Positions 9,831 through 18,903 of a DNA stretch of 64,000 nucleotides are shown piece after piece. The notes under the pieces were generated by a model. The model worked only from the letters and a program-made list of their open reading frames with translations. It was not told the DNA's origin and searched no databases. How positions within the stretch are numbered: the first letter of the stretch is position 1; each line of letters opens with the position of its first letter. The stretch lies in NCBI GenBank assembly GCA_040751795.1, contig JBFMHR010000002.1, forward strand, positions 340,091 to 404,090. Reading direction: 5' to 3'. This DNA is from Thermoplasmatota archaeon. Lineage in GTDB: Archaea; Thermoplasmatota; Thermoplasmata; UBA10834. Position numbers and translations under genes: made by a program.

Positions 9831-10187
9831 ATGAGGATACTGGTGGTGGACGACTCCGAGGCCTTCAGGAGGGTCATGACGGAGCTGCTCATGAAGGCGG
9901 GCTACGGCGACGTCAGGGGCGCCGGAGGGTACGAGGAGGCCCTGGCCGCATACGCGGAGGCCCGCCCGGACATCGTCTTCGTCGACATGGTCCTGCCCGG
10001 CCGCTCCGGCGTGGACCTCACGAAGGCGATACTGGGAGCCGACCCGAAGGCCAGGATCATCGCCATGAGCTCGATAGTGAACAAGTCGATGATCAAGGAG
10101 AGCCTCGAGGCGGGCGCCAAGGACTTCATCCTGAAGCCGACGAACGCCATGGCCCTCGGCTCGATCCTGTCCATGTGGGGTGGTTAG
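9831..10187 (+). CDS. Stand-alone response regulator receiver (CheY-like)
   Basis: ILVVDDS, PDIVFVDMVLP (phospho-Asp), AMSS, FILKP. Confidence 0.92.
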   Translation: MRILVVDDSEAFRRVMTELLMKAGYGDVRGAGGYEEALAAYAEARPDIVFVDMVLPGRSGVDLTKAILGADPKARIIAMSSIVNKSMIKESLEAGAKDFILKPTNAMALGSILSMWGG

Positions 10188-10745
10188 ACGAGCCTGTTCC
10201 ACTTCAAGAAGGGCAAGGACGCCAGGGCCGTCAAGGTGGCGGGCCCGGACGCCGCCCGCAGGTACGACCTCCGTCCGGGCAGGTGCTACGTGGTCGAGGA
10301 GGCGCCCCCGTCGGTGAGCTTCGACGCCTTCGCCAGCCTCGTGTCGGCCCCCGGCGGCGGGGCCGCGGGGATGGCCGTCACCAGGCAGCACCCCGACCTC
10401 GTCAGGCAGAGGTACGGCCTGGAGAGGACCCCGGTCTACTGGCTCGCCACGCGCGCGGGCGAGGGCGTCATATCCCCCACCAACCTCGGCATATTGACCC
10501 AGACGCTGGTGAAGTTCATCGGGGATAACGACGACGGCGTCATACTCCTGGACGGGCTCGAGTACCTCGTCTCCAACAACGACTTCGGGAAGGTCCTCAA
10601 GGTCGTGGACCAGGTCCACGACCACATATCTCAGAGCGGCTCGAGGCTCATCCTCCCAGTCGACCCGAGGGCCTTCGAGCCCAGGGAGCTCGCCCTCCTC
10701 GAGAGGAACATGGACAGGATAGCCGGGGCGACGGACGAGGGCTGA
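10188..10745 (+). CDS. DUF835 domain protein (start uncertain: ACG 10188 or GTG 10236)
   Basis: VTRQHP...PVYWL...ISPTNL...VILLDGLEYLVSNNDF pattern, shared with the two other DUF835 copies in this window. Confidence 0.8.
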   Translation, partial: TSLFHFKKGKDARAVKVAGPDAARRYDLRPGRCYVVEEAPPSVSFDAFASLVSAPGGGAAGMAVTRQHPDLVRQRYGLERTPVYWLATRAGEGVISPTNLGILTQTLVKFIGDNDDGVILLDGLEYLVSNNDFGKVLKVVDQVHDHISQSGSRLILPVDPRAFEPRELALLERNMDRIAGATDEG

Positions 10746-10750
10746 GGCCC

Positions 10751-12487
10751 TCAGGCGGCGAACAGCGCCGTGGACACGAACACGCCCTGCGACACCATCA
10801 CGCATGCGCCGGTGGACCTCTCCAGGTCGCGCCGGTCCCCGCCACCCTCTATGCCCCACACGAAGTAGCACACGGCCGCGTTCATCTCCGCCAGGAAGAG
10901 CCCCAGGGTCAGGAGCATCGCCCCCGCGGCCGCCGAGCCGTCCCCGCCCGCCACCGAGGCCAGCGACACGAACACGCCGAACGTGACCCCGAGCACCAGC
11001 GGGCCGAGGAAGTGCGCCGTCATCCTCATCATGGATATCGTCGGCCTGAGCCTCATCTTCAGCGCGGCCTCGATCTCCGACAGCTCCCTGAGGTACGAGG
11101 CGATGTCCATCGCGAGCATCCCCGCCCCGGCCTCGTCCTTCGCGGACGCCCTGGCCACCACCTTCAGCGCCTCCGAGGGGTTGGAGCGCGCCCCCCGCGC
11201 CTCCGAGTCGACGGCCCTGTCGAGCCCCTGGCCCATGACGAAGGCCCTCAGGCACAGCCTCCTCCCCAGGGGGCGCCCCGCGGCGCCCTCCGAGGCCTCG
11301 TCGAGGGCGGACTCGAAGTTGTCCCCTTCCAGCATCCGCGCCCCGGCCCTGAAGAGGAGGTCCTGGACCTCATCGTCCACGGAGGCGGCCCGTGCCCCGC
11401 GCCGTCTGCCCGAGGCGACGAGGACGGCGGACGCCGGCAGGGTCCCGGCGAGCAGCACCAGCGGCGCGTGGTCCCCCGGCCCGAGGAGCCAGTAGGCGGA
11501 GGCCGAGCAGGCGGCGCCCAAGGCGATGGCGGCGGCCCAGCCGCCCACGCCCCGCCCGCTGGCGTCCCGCGGCCCGTCGACGGGCCTCCGCGACACCGCG
11601 TCCATCGCGACCAGCAGCGCCACGGCCGGGAACATCAGGTCCATCACGACGGCGGTCTCGAACGCCATGCCTCCGCCGGCCGTGGGGCCCCGGTCGGGCG
11701 CGGCCCCGGACCAGATGTCCCACGAGAGCATGGGCATGAACGAGCCCACCATGATGGGGAGGAGGATGCCCAGGGCGAACAGGAGCATGCTGGGCGTGGA
11801 GAGGGAGAGGGCGTACTCCTCCACCCTCCTCTTGGCCCCGGCGACCATGGCCCTGTTGGCCCTCTCAAGCGCCCTCCGCTTCCCCTCGTCGGTCGCCTCC
11901 TTGGAGGCGACCACTATCGCGTTCAGGGAGGTCTTGAGCTCGGAGCTGAACCTCTCCCAGCGGCCCCCGAGGGCGTGGAGCGCCTCCTCGAAGCCCGTGT
12001 GGGTGCCGGTGACGACCTCCCACATGCACCTCCTCAGCTCCGCGGCGAAGGCCGAGCCCCCTCCGCTCGCGAACATGATGCTCCTGGGCAGCGAGGCGTC
12101 CTGCCTGACGCCCATGACCATGAGGTTGACCGCGTCCGCGGCCCCCCTCATGACCTCGGACGCCCGGCGCCTGGCCGCGGAGGACGGGTACGACACGAAG
12201 TAGAGGTAGCAGAGCGCTGGGAGAGCGGCGCAGAGGAGGAGGGCGGAGAGCTGCGAGGGCCGGTCAAGGAAGACGAGGGACACGGCCAGCGCGGCCGAGG
12301 ACGCCGCGGCGCCCATGGCCGCGGCCCCCTTCGCGCCTGCCACGACCGCCTCCGGGCTGCACGGGACGCCCCCCGCGTCGAGGTCGGCCGAGATCGCGTC
12401 CAAGCGGGCACGGGCGTCCGGGCCGCGCCTCGCCCTGGCCGCCTCCTTCGCCGCGCTCACGCCGAAGGGCCCCCCGGCCCTCGCCAT
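10751..12487 (-). CDS. Type II secretion F / TadC-like membrane platform protein
   Basis: Multi-TM protein with two cytoplasmic repeats, directly downstream of a secretion ATPase. Confidence 0.7.
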   Translation of the reverse strand: MARAGGPFGVSAAKEAARARRGPDARARLDAISADLDAGGVPCSPEAVVAGAKGAAAMGAAASSAALAVSLVFLDRPSQLSALLLCAALPALCYLYFVSYPSSAARRRASEVMRGAADAVNLMVMGVRQDASLPRSIMFASGGGSAFAAELRRCMWEVVTGTHTGFEEALHALGGRWERFSSELKTSLNAIVVASKEATDEGKRRALERANRAMVAGAKRRVEEYALSLSTPSMLLFALGILLPIMVGSFMPMLSWDIWSGAAPDRGPTAGGGMAFETAVVMDLMFPAVALLVAMDAVSRRPVDGPRDASGRGVGGWAAAIALGAACSASAYWLLGPGDHAPLVLLAGTLPASAVLVASGRRRGARAASVDDEVQDLLFRAGARMLEGDNFESALDEASEGAAGRPLGRRLCLRAFVMGQGLDRAVDSEARGARSNPSEALKVVARASAKDEAGAGMLAMDIASYLRELSEIEAALKMRLRPTISMMRMTAHFLGPLVLGVTFGVFVSLASVAGGDGSAAAGAMLLTLGLFLAEMNAAVCYFVWGIEGGGDRRDLERSTGACVMVSQGVFVSTALFAA

Positions 12488-12524
12488 CGCCGCGCAGGCC
12501 CTCGCGTACCCCCTGTGGCGCGCC

Positions 12525-14267
12525 TCAGGTCCCCTTCGTCCTCCCGTCGTACCACGCCTCCCACGCCTTCAGCGCCTCGTCCGGCCCGTCCGGGGAGAAG
12601 AGGCACTTGACGAGCATCTCGTTCGAGGCCACGCGCAGCGCGTCGCCCGCGCCCGGAGCGCGCGCGTCCGCGCCCGCGTCGGCGGCCATCCTCTGGTCGC
12701 TGTGCGCCCTCCTCCTGACGATATCGAGCACGTGCTCGGGCGAGGTGCCCAGCGCCCCGGCGATCCCCTGGACCGTCTTGGACCCCGTGGAGAATGCCTC
12801 GGTGGGCTTGGCGCACCCGCACCCGGGCTGCATCGAGAAGAGGGGCACCAGGCGGGTCCCTCCCCCCTCGTGCCTGACCTCCGCGACCTCCACGACCTTC
12901 CTGTGGAACGCGGAGCCGTCGGGGGTCCTGATCAGGCCTATGACCACCACGATGTCGGTCGACGAGAACGCCCTCTCCGACACCCCGAGGTCCTCGACCG
13001 CCCTGTCGAGGACGCCCCTCGCGGAGTTGCCGTGGATGGTCCCGAGCACGGACGAGCCGGCGCTGCCGGCCCTCATGCTCTCGTAGAGGACCCTCGCCTC
13101 CGAGCCCCTCACCTCGCCTATCACGATGGCGCTCTCGCCCATCCGGAGGGACACGCGCAGCGTGTCCTCCGCGGAGACCTCGTTGGGCCCCTCGCCCCCG
13201 CCGAACCGCAGCGTCTGCACGTCGTACCCGAGCTGGCGCATCCTCCTCACGGGTATCTCGGGGGTGTCCTCAATGAGGAGGACCCTCTGCGTGAGGGGGA
13301 ACTCGAGCATCATGGCTCCCAGGAGCGTCGTCTTGCCCGCCCCCCTGGAGCCCGCTATGAGGACCGCCCTCCTCCCAAGCACGCACGCCCACAGGAAGCT
13401 CGCGAGCAGGGGGGACACCGAGTCCTTGGCTATCAGCGCGGGGAGGGTGAGCACGCTGGTGGAGTGCTTCCTGATCGCGAGGGAGACGCCCCTCTCGCTT
13501 ATCGGGGGCCCGACCAGGGTCACCCTGCACCCGAGCCTCGGGATGTCGGCCTCGAGCACGGGGCGGGCCTCCGAGAAGGGCATGCCCGTCTCGAGCTTGA
13601 TGCGCGACACGAGCCCCTGGAGGTCGTCCATCCCCACGAAGACGTTCGTCCGACACTTCTGTCCGACGCCCCTCAGAGCATCCGACCTGAGGACCACGAA
13701 GGCGGGCGTCTGGCTGGAGGGGGCGTTGACGTAGATGTCCTGCACCGCGCGGTCCTCGAACAGGGTCTCGAGGACCCCGTAGCCTGCGGTGTACTTCGAG
13801 GCGAGCTCGGCGAGCCTGTCGACCTCGGCGGCGAGGGCGCGGCCCTTCCGGCCCTCGCCCATCCTCGCGAGCCTCTCGTGGACCATGTCCTTCGCCCGGG
13901 CCTTGATGAACGGCCTGAGCGCGGCCATCGAGGAGAGGTCCAGGTCAGGGGGCGGGGAGGCGGTGATCTCGTCTATCACCTCGGCGACGACCTTGACGAG
14001 GGCGGGGCTCAGCTCGTACTCCGGCGGCCGGACCTCGTAGACGGCGCTGGTCTCCCCGGCCACGGACGATATCACCACCGGCACCCCGTTGACCGAGTAG
14101 GATGCCAGGTCGGCCCCGCGCGCCGCGCCCCGCTCCAGCCAGGTGGAAGTGAAGCAGGGCCTCCTGTCGTCCCCGCCGGCCGTCGCCGGCGCCCCCAGCT
14201 CCAGGAGCACGGGCTGGGCCGGGCCGTCGGATGACACTATCCTCGGAGGCCTGCCGGCGGGGGGCAC
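12525..14267 (-). CDS. Type II/IV secretion ATPase (VirB11/TadA-like)
   Basis: Walker A GSRGAGKTT, Asp box IEDTPE, Walker B IVIGEVRG, His box GTIHG. Confidence 0.92.
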   Translation of the reverse strand: MPPAGRPPRIVSSDGPAQPVLLELGAPATAGGDDRRPCFTSTWLERGAARGADLASYSVNGVPVVISSVAGETSAVYEVRPPEYELSPALVKVVAEVIDEITASPPPDLDLSSMAALRPFIKARAKDMVHERLARMGEGRKGRALAAEVDRLAELASKYTAGYGVLETLFEDRAVQDIYVNAPSSQTPAFVVLRSDALRGVGQKCRTNVFVGMDDLQGLVSRIKLETGMPFSEARPVLEADIPRLGCRVTLVGPPISERGVSLAIRKHSTSVLTLPALIAKDSVSPLLASFLWACVLGRRAVLIAGSRGAGKTTLLGAMMLEFPLTQRVLLIEDTPEIPVRRMRQLGYDVQTLRFGGGEGPNEVSAEDTLRVSLRMGESAIVIGEVRGSEARVLYESMRAGSAGSSVLGTIHGNSARGVLDRAVEDLGVSERAFSSTDIVVVIGLIRTPDGSAFHRKVVEVAEVRHEGGGTRLVPLFSMQPGCGCAKPTEAFSTGSKTVQGIAGALGTSPEHVLDIVRRRAHSDQRMAADAGADARAPGAGDALRVASNEMLVKCLFSPDGPDEALKAWEAWYDGRTKGT

Positions 14268-14804
14268 TCAGCCGCCCCCTTGGTCGGGCCGTCCCGCCAG
14301 CGCGACCGCCGACACGCAGCCCCGGAGGCGCGGGCACGCCACGGACGATAGCTCCCTCGCGAGCACATCGGACAGGGAGGCCCTCGACTCGGAGAAGGAC
14401 ACCGGGTCCGCCCTGACCCTGCGGACCAGCTCGGAGGCCAGCCTCACCCTGCTGGCGGGGCATGTCCGACACCTCTTGTCGGACGGTTCGCCCGGCCGCT
14501 CCCCGAGCCTCCTCAGCGCAGCGAGCGAGGCCGCCGCGGAGCGCAGCCCCCAGATCCTCTCGGACCTGTACCTCACGTCGATGTATCTGCGGAGCACGAC
14601 CGCCTCCGGGACCACCCCGGAGGCGAGGACGTTCACAATCCCCGCGGCGCACCTGGCGTTGTCTATGCTCTGGGCGCCGCTGCAGTCCCTGCAGTCGACC
14701 TCGAGGGTCATCCCCTCGTCCTCGACGAACCTGTGGTCGCAAGTCCTGTCCGCGTCCAGGCACGGGACCAGCTTCTTCGAAGGCCTTCCCCTGGTCGGTG
14801 TCAT
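14268..14804 (-). CDS. Cys-rich hypothetical protein, in frame with the downstream ATPase
   Basis: ATG 14804; CRDC, CRTC and further Cys; its TGA is followed at once by the in-frame GTG of the ATPase. Confidence 0.7.
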   Translation of the reverse strand: MTPTRGRPSKKLVPCLDADRTCDHRFVEDEGMTLEVDCRDCSGAQSIDNARCAAGIVNVLASGVVPEAVVLRRYIDVRYRSERIWGLRSAAASLAALRRLGERPGEPSDKRCRTCPASRVRLASELVRRVRADPVSFSESRASLSDVLARELSSVACPRLRGCVSAVALAGRPDQGGG

Positions 14805-14903
14805 CGTGTCATGGACCGGGGGCTCGGTTCTTCTACAGTGCGCGCGTCCGTAGGCTACATGTAGCCGGGGCGGAGAAGCCCGCCCCCTCTCCTCCTCGGC
14901 CCC

Positions 14904-15353
14904 ATGAAGCGGGACACGGAAGGCGTCGGCGGGTTCTTCGAGGACCTCCCGGTCCTCGCCTTCGTCCTGGCGGGCGTGCTCTCGGTCGCGGGGACCGCCG
15001 CCTGGACCGGTGAGGCGCTGTCCGATGGGGAAGGGCGGGAGACGCTCGAGTCGGCCGCCCGCCTCCTCGCGGCGTCGGTCGCGACCGAGCTCACCCGCGC
15101 GGGGGCGCTGCCGTCGGCGGACTCGGTCCGCGGGGCGAACCTCTCGGGCCCGGTCGGCGGGCTTGCGGAGGGAATGTGCGCCATCGTCTCCGTCTGGTGT
15201 CTCCACCCGGCGTCAGAGCTCCTGATCATTGTGGTCACCGCCGAGGGCGAACCGTCCGAGGCCTTCTCGGCGCGCGAGCTCCTGAACGTCCTGTGCGCGG
15301 GCGGCGTGGTCGGGATAGCGGAGGTGAGGGTCCTTGTGTGGGAGGCGCAGTAG
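14904..15353 (+). CDS. Putative pilin-like protein (class III signal peptide)
   Basis: Short charged leader MKRDTEG followed by a hydrophobic helix; divergent from the ATPase/TadC genes. Confidence 0.55.
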   Translation: MKRDTEGVGGFFEDLPVLAFVLAGVLSVAGTAAWTGEALSDGEGRETLESAARLLAASVATELTRAGALPSADSVRGANLSGPVGGLAEGMCAIVSVWCLHPASELLIIVVTAEGEPSEAFSARELLNVLCAGGVVGIAEVRVLVWEAQ

Positions 15354-15882
15354 GGACGACGGCGCCCAGCTGGCCCTGCTGGACGCGATGGTCTTCTTCG
15401 CCGTCTCCACGGTCATCTGCGGCGTCATGACCTCGTACGCGGGGTCGCACGCTGACGGGCAGGGCGACGCCCTCCTGTCCTCGGCGGACCCCGACAGCCT
15501 GCTCTCCGTCTACCTGGAGGCGTCCCTCGGGGGAGCCTTCGTGGTCGACGCCCTCGGCCTCGAGCTGACGGGCCAGGAGAGGTTCGGGGAACTGCTGCTC
15601 CTCCTCGCGGGGATGGCGCTGGACGGCCGCCCCATGGAGCCGTACGGGCCGCTCCTCGCCCGGTGCGGCGAGGTGCTGGCGTCCACCTGCCTGCCTTGGT
15701 CGTCGTGCATCTCCGTGTGCTGCGACGACGGCGCGCAGTGGGTCACGCTGATGGTCATGGGGCAGGAGCCGGACGGCCGGGCGGACGTCGCCTCGGCCTC
15801 CCAGAGCCTGGGCGTGCACGGGCAGGCCGCGCTCCGCGCGACGCTGGTCCTATCTCCACCCCTTCTTCCTCATCTGGGGTAG
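15334..15882 (+). CDS. Putative pilin-like protein
   Basis: RRSRDDGA|QLALLDAMVFF class III-like leader plus TM helix; overlaps the preceding gene as in an operon. Confidence 0.55.
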   Translation: MCGRRSRDDGAQLALLDAMVFFAVSTVICGVMTSYAGSHADGQGDALLSSADPDSLLSVYLEASLGGAFVVDALGLELTGQERFGELLLLLAGMALDGRPMEPYGPLLARCGEVLASTCLPWSSCISVCCDDGAQWVTLMVMGQEPDGRADVASASQSLGVHGQAALRATLVLSPPLLPHLG

Positions 15883-16191
15883 GTCCGACCTGGTGACCTT
15901 GATCTTCGCCCTGGCGTACCTCTCGCCCCTCATGAGCTCCTTGAACTGGACGACGCCCATGGAGACGGTGAAGACGAGCGCGGCGTAGATGTAGAGGTCT
16001 TCGTCCATCCTCGTGTAGAGGTACGCGAGCACGACCGCCACCGAGGCGAGCACATAGACGACGTATGTGAGCGGGCCCCGGGGGATGTCTATGACCTTCA
16101 CGTCCCCGAGGCACCGGGAGCACCTGTCCCTCATGCTGTACCACGGCTTGACCCTGAGCTCCTTGCACTTCGGGCAGTAGAGGTACTTCAC
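15850..16191 (-). CDS. Zinc-ribbon membrane protein
   Basis: GTG 16191; YCPKC...CSRC followed by two TM helices. Confidence 0.7.
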   Translation of the reverse strand: MKYLYCPKCKELRVKPWYSMRDRCSRCLGDVKVIDIPRGPLTYVVYVLASVAVVLAYLYTRMDEDLYIYAALVFTVSMGVVQFKELMRGERYARAKIKVTRSDLPQMRKKGWR

Positions 16192-16264
16192 GGCAGGGGA
16201 GAGAGCGGGGGAGGTATTTATTATGGTCTGGCAACGATGGAGGCAATGGGTCGGGATGTCCCGC

Positions 16265-16492
16265 ATGGCGCAGACAAAAGGGTCAGGGCGGAAGGGCGAG
16301 GAGAGCTACACCAAGGACGAGCAGCGCTTCCTGGCCGGCCTGAGGCGGTCCGGCGGCCGGACGTGCCGGCGGTGCAAGTGGCTCTCGGTGCGCGGCCAGC
16401 AGAGGGGCTGCTTCCCCGAGGGCAATTATCGCAAGTTCCTGTCGGCCGACGAGTACGAGTCGGGGTGCGAGCTCTTCTCCCCGAGGACGTGA
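16265..16492 (+). CDS. Small Cys-rich hypothetical protein
   Basis: ATG 16265; CRRC...C...C; host-like codon usage. Confidence 0.6.
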   Translation: MAQTKGSGRKGEESYTKDEQRFLAGLRRSGGRTCRRCKWLSVRGQQRGCFPEGNYRKFLSADEYESGCELFSPRT

Positions 16493-16570
16493 TCGCGTGG
16501 GCGGGCAGGCGCAGGCATGCCTGGCCAACCTTTATGCCGCCATGGTCGAATCGCGCATCGGTGATGCGCC

Positions 16571-16834
16571 TTGGTCGGCGGGTTCGGTCCATCGTCGGGC
16601 ATGTCTGCGGCACTGTGCGAGTCCAATGAGAGCCGGCTCGCCAACGCGCCGCGGGCGGGAGGTCCAGCGCTCTTCGCGCTCGGGTTCTCAATCGTCTTCT
16701 TCGGGGTGCTGTCGGGCATGTGCATGCTGCACTTCGAGGAGGAGCTGCTCGGCACGGCGATACTCGCGGGCACCGCGGCGTCGGTCGCCCTCATGGTCGC
16801 CTACGGTCTGAGGATGAACAGGGCGGGCTCCTGA
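16571..16834 (+). CDS. Small two-TM membrane protein (start may be ATG 16601)
   Basis: Two hydrophobic helices; GC-rich third positions. Confidence 0.55.
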   Translation: MVGGFGPSSGMSAALCESNESRLANAPRAGGPALFALGFSIVFFGVLSGMCMLHFEEELLGTAILAGTAASVALMVAYGLRMNRAGS

Positions 16835-16861
16835 CGGAATACCCTGCCGGCTGAAGGAACG

Positions 16862-16889
16862 GGTGCAGGGACACAGGCCCGGACCGCGG
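16862..16889 (-). repeat. Degenerate direct repeat of the tRNA-Leu 3' end (eroded att site)
   Basis: 21/28 ungapped identity to 17338-17365; all 7 differences are transitions. Confidence 0.55.
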
Positions 16890-17118
16890 TGCATGGCAGC
16901 GAGGGTTTTAATGAAGCGAAGGCGATACTGCACCCAGTGAGAGTCTGAATTCGGGAGTACCAAGCGGCCTTCCATCTACGGATGCGTGGCTATCTCGGTC
17001 CGCTGACCCCGACAGGTCATGGATTCGCGGTCCGGCAGAAGAATCGGAGAACGGAGACCAGACCTCGGACTCTGTCACGGCCATCGTTTCGATTGCATGG
17101 AACATCCGCAGAATCTTC

Positions 17119-17292
17119 GTGGTCCTTCTGACATTCCTGGTGATCTTGATGATCTTCCTGATGGCGTCGCTCTACTTGGCGTTGGCCGACGCACCTTCTG
17201 AAGCCGGTGTCACGGTTGCTATCATCGTCTCAGCGCTTGTTGGGGTGGCGGGCGCGTGGTACGCCATCGACTCGAAACGTTTGAGCAGATGA
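17119..17292 (+). CDS. Small two-TM protein or gene remnant (not in ORF track)
   Basis: VVLLTFLVILMIFLMASLYLALADAPSEAGVTVAIIVSALVGVAGAWYAIDSKRLSR; frame stays open upstream to about 16915 with no ATG. Confidence 0.45.
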   Translation: MVLLTFLVILMIFLMASLYLALADAPSEAGVTVAIIVSALVGVAGAWYAIDSKRLSR

Positions 17293-17339
17293 CGCCTATG
17301 TTGCCAGTCTGCTTCCGCAATCTCACCTGAGCCATAAGG

Positions 17340-17424
17340 TGCAGGGGCGCGGATTCGAACCGCGGAACCACTTCTGGACAAGGTCCTAAGCCTTGCGCCG
17401 TTGGCCTGTCTTGGCTACCCCTGC
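17340..17424 (-). tRNA. tRNA-Leu(UAG)
   Basis: GCAGGGG/CCCCTGC acceptor stem, CAAGG-CT-TAG-GA-CCTTG anticodon arm, long variable arm, GTTCGAATC T loop. Confidence 0.95.
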
Positions 17425-17482
17425 ACGGCGTGCGTGACGCATCATTGGCTCCGTATAAGAAGGAATCGCAGACCCTGAGCCC

Positions 17483-17932
17483 TCAGGCCCTGGCCCCCCG
17501 GGACGACGCGACGTCCTCGATCACGGCCCTGAGTATCGCGATGGCCGCCTCCCGCTTCGCGGGGAAGGCGCGGACCTTGATGCGCACGGCGACGACGTCC
17601 TCCCCCCCGCCGAGTACCAGCTCCCCGGCGAAGGCGCGCTGCTTGTCGAACCTAAGGAAGAGCTGGCACGACTCATCGACCCTCCTCTCAAGGGTCGAGG
17701 CGACTTCCTGCAGGTCGCCGGGCGACATCCTGCCGAGCATATCCAGTATGGCGGCCTCGTCCTCCACGGACGACTCGAGGACCTCTATCGCGTTCCCGAA
17801 GTGCCCCTCGGTCATGGTCCTGGCCACCGGCGCTTCCCCGACGACCGTCCTCAGGGCCGCCTCGACCCTGGAGCAGTCCTCGGTCGCATGGCATATGGTC
17901 CTGGCATGGAGCGAAGAGAGCCTGCGCGTCAC
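17483..17932 (-). CDS. Archaeal RNA-binding protein (DUF54/COG1325-like)
   Basis: HATED, EGHFGNAI, LRFDKQ motifs. Confidence 0.85.
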   Translation of the reverse strand: MTRRLSSLHARTICHATEDCSRVEAALRTVVGEAPVARTMTEGHFGNAIEVLESSVEDEAAILDMLGRMSPGDLQEVASTLERRVDESCQLFLRFDKQRAFAGELVLGGGEDVVAVRIKVRAFPAKREAAIAILRAVIEDVASSRGARA

Positions 17933-18079
17933 TCACACTCAATCGCCCAACGGATATGTAAAACCGCGCGGCCCCGCCGAGGGGCCATGCCAGGTCATGT
18001 CAATGCAGGCGCCGAACCTGTAGGTGGGAGAATACTTAATACGTATAACACGCTAACAACGAAAACGGTGTCCCCGGTG

Positions 18080-18631
18080 ATGGAGATCAGGTTTCACGGG
18101 CGAGGTGGCCAGGGAGTGGTCATCGCGTCCGAGGTCCTGGCGAAGGCCGCGTTCCGGATGGGCTTCGAGGTCTCCTCTTTTCCGTTCTTCGGAGTCGAGC
18201 GCAGGGGCGCTCCCGTGACCGCCTTCGCCCGCATCGACAGGAAGCCGATCAGGAACAAGTCCAGCATCTACGAGCCGGACTACGTCGTGGTCCTGGACAG
18301 CTCGCTCCTCAGGGGCGTGGACGTCCTCGAGGGGCTCAAGGCCGGCGGCAAGGTCCTGATCAACTACCCGGACGGAAGCCCGCTGCCAGCGCTGCCACCG
18401 GCCTACAAGTACTACGTCCTCGACGCCAACGCCATAGCCGCCGCCCACGGCATAGGCTCGAAGGTCACCCCGATCGTGAACACGGCCATCATGGGCGGGT
18501 TCGCCAGGATGTGCGACTGGGTTTCCATGGACGCGATGGTCGAGACCATCAGGGCCGTCGCCCCCGTGAAGAAGGAGGAGAACGTCGCCGCAGCGCGCGA
18601 GGCCTACGAGAGGACCAGGGAGGCCGCCTGA
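18080..18631 (+). CDS. porG: Pyruvate/2-oxoacid:ferredoxin oxidoreductase gamma subunit
   Basis: MEIRFHGRGGQG, FGVERRGAPV; substrate specificity cannot be determined. Confidence 0.9.
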   Translation: MEIRFHGRGGQGVVIASEVLAKAAFRMGFEVSSFPFFGVERRGAPVTAFARIDRKPIRNKSSIYEPDYVVVLDSSLLRGVDVLEGLKAGGKVLINYPDGSPLPALPPAYKYYVLDANAIAAAHGIGSKVTPIVNTAIMGGFARMCDWVSMDAMVETIRAVAPVKKEENVAAAREAYERTREAA

Positions 18632-18903
18632 TGACCAAGAGCTACGAGGAGATCCCCCTCACGCCCATCTCAGACTCGCCGAGCACCATCAACATGACGG
18701 GCCTCTGGAGGGCCTTCCGGCCCATGGTGGACATCTCCAGGTGCAAGAGGTGCACCCTCTGCTGGAAGTTCTGCCCCGACGCGGCCATCACACTGGTCGA
18801 CGGCGTCCCTGTCATCGACCTCAAGTACTGCAAGGGGTGCGGGATCTGCGCCTACGAGTGCCCCGCGGAGTGCATCGAGATGGTGAAGGAGGGGAGCGCA
18901 TGA
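18631..18903 (+). CDS. porD: 2-oxoacid:ferredoxin oxidoreductase delta subunit (2x[4Fe-4S])
   Basis: TGLWR, CKRCTLCWKFCP, CKGCGICAYECP. Confidence 0.92.
   Translation: MTKSYEEIPLTPISDSPSTINMTGLWRAFRPMVDISRCKRCTLCWKFCPDAAITLVDGVPVIDLKYCKGCGICAYECPAECIEMVKEGSA

Noticed and set aside
14268-14270. Selenocysteine at the in-frame TGA before the ATPase
   Set aside because: The codon sits in a Gly/Pro linker, not a redox motif; no SECIS or sel genes recognised
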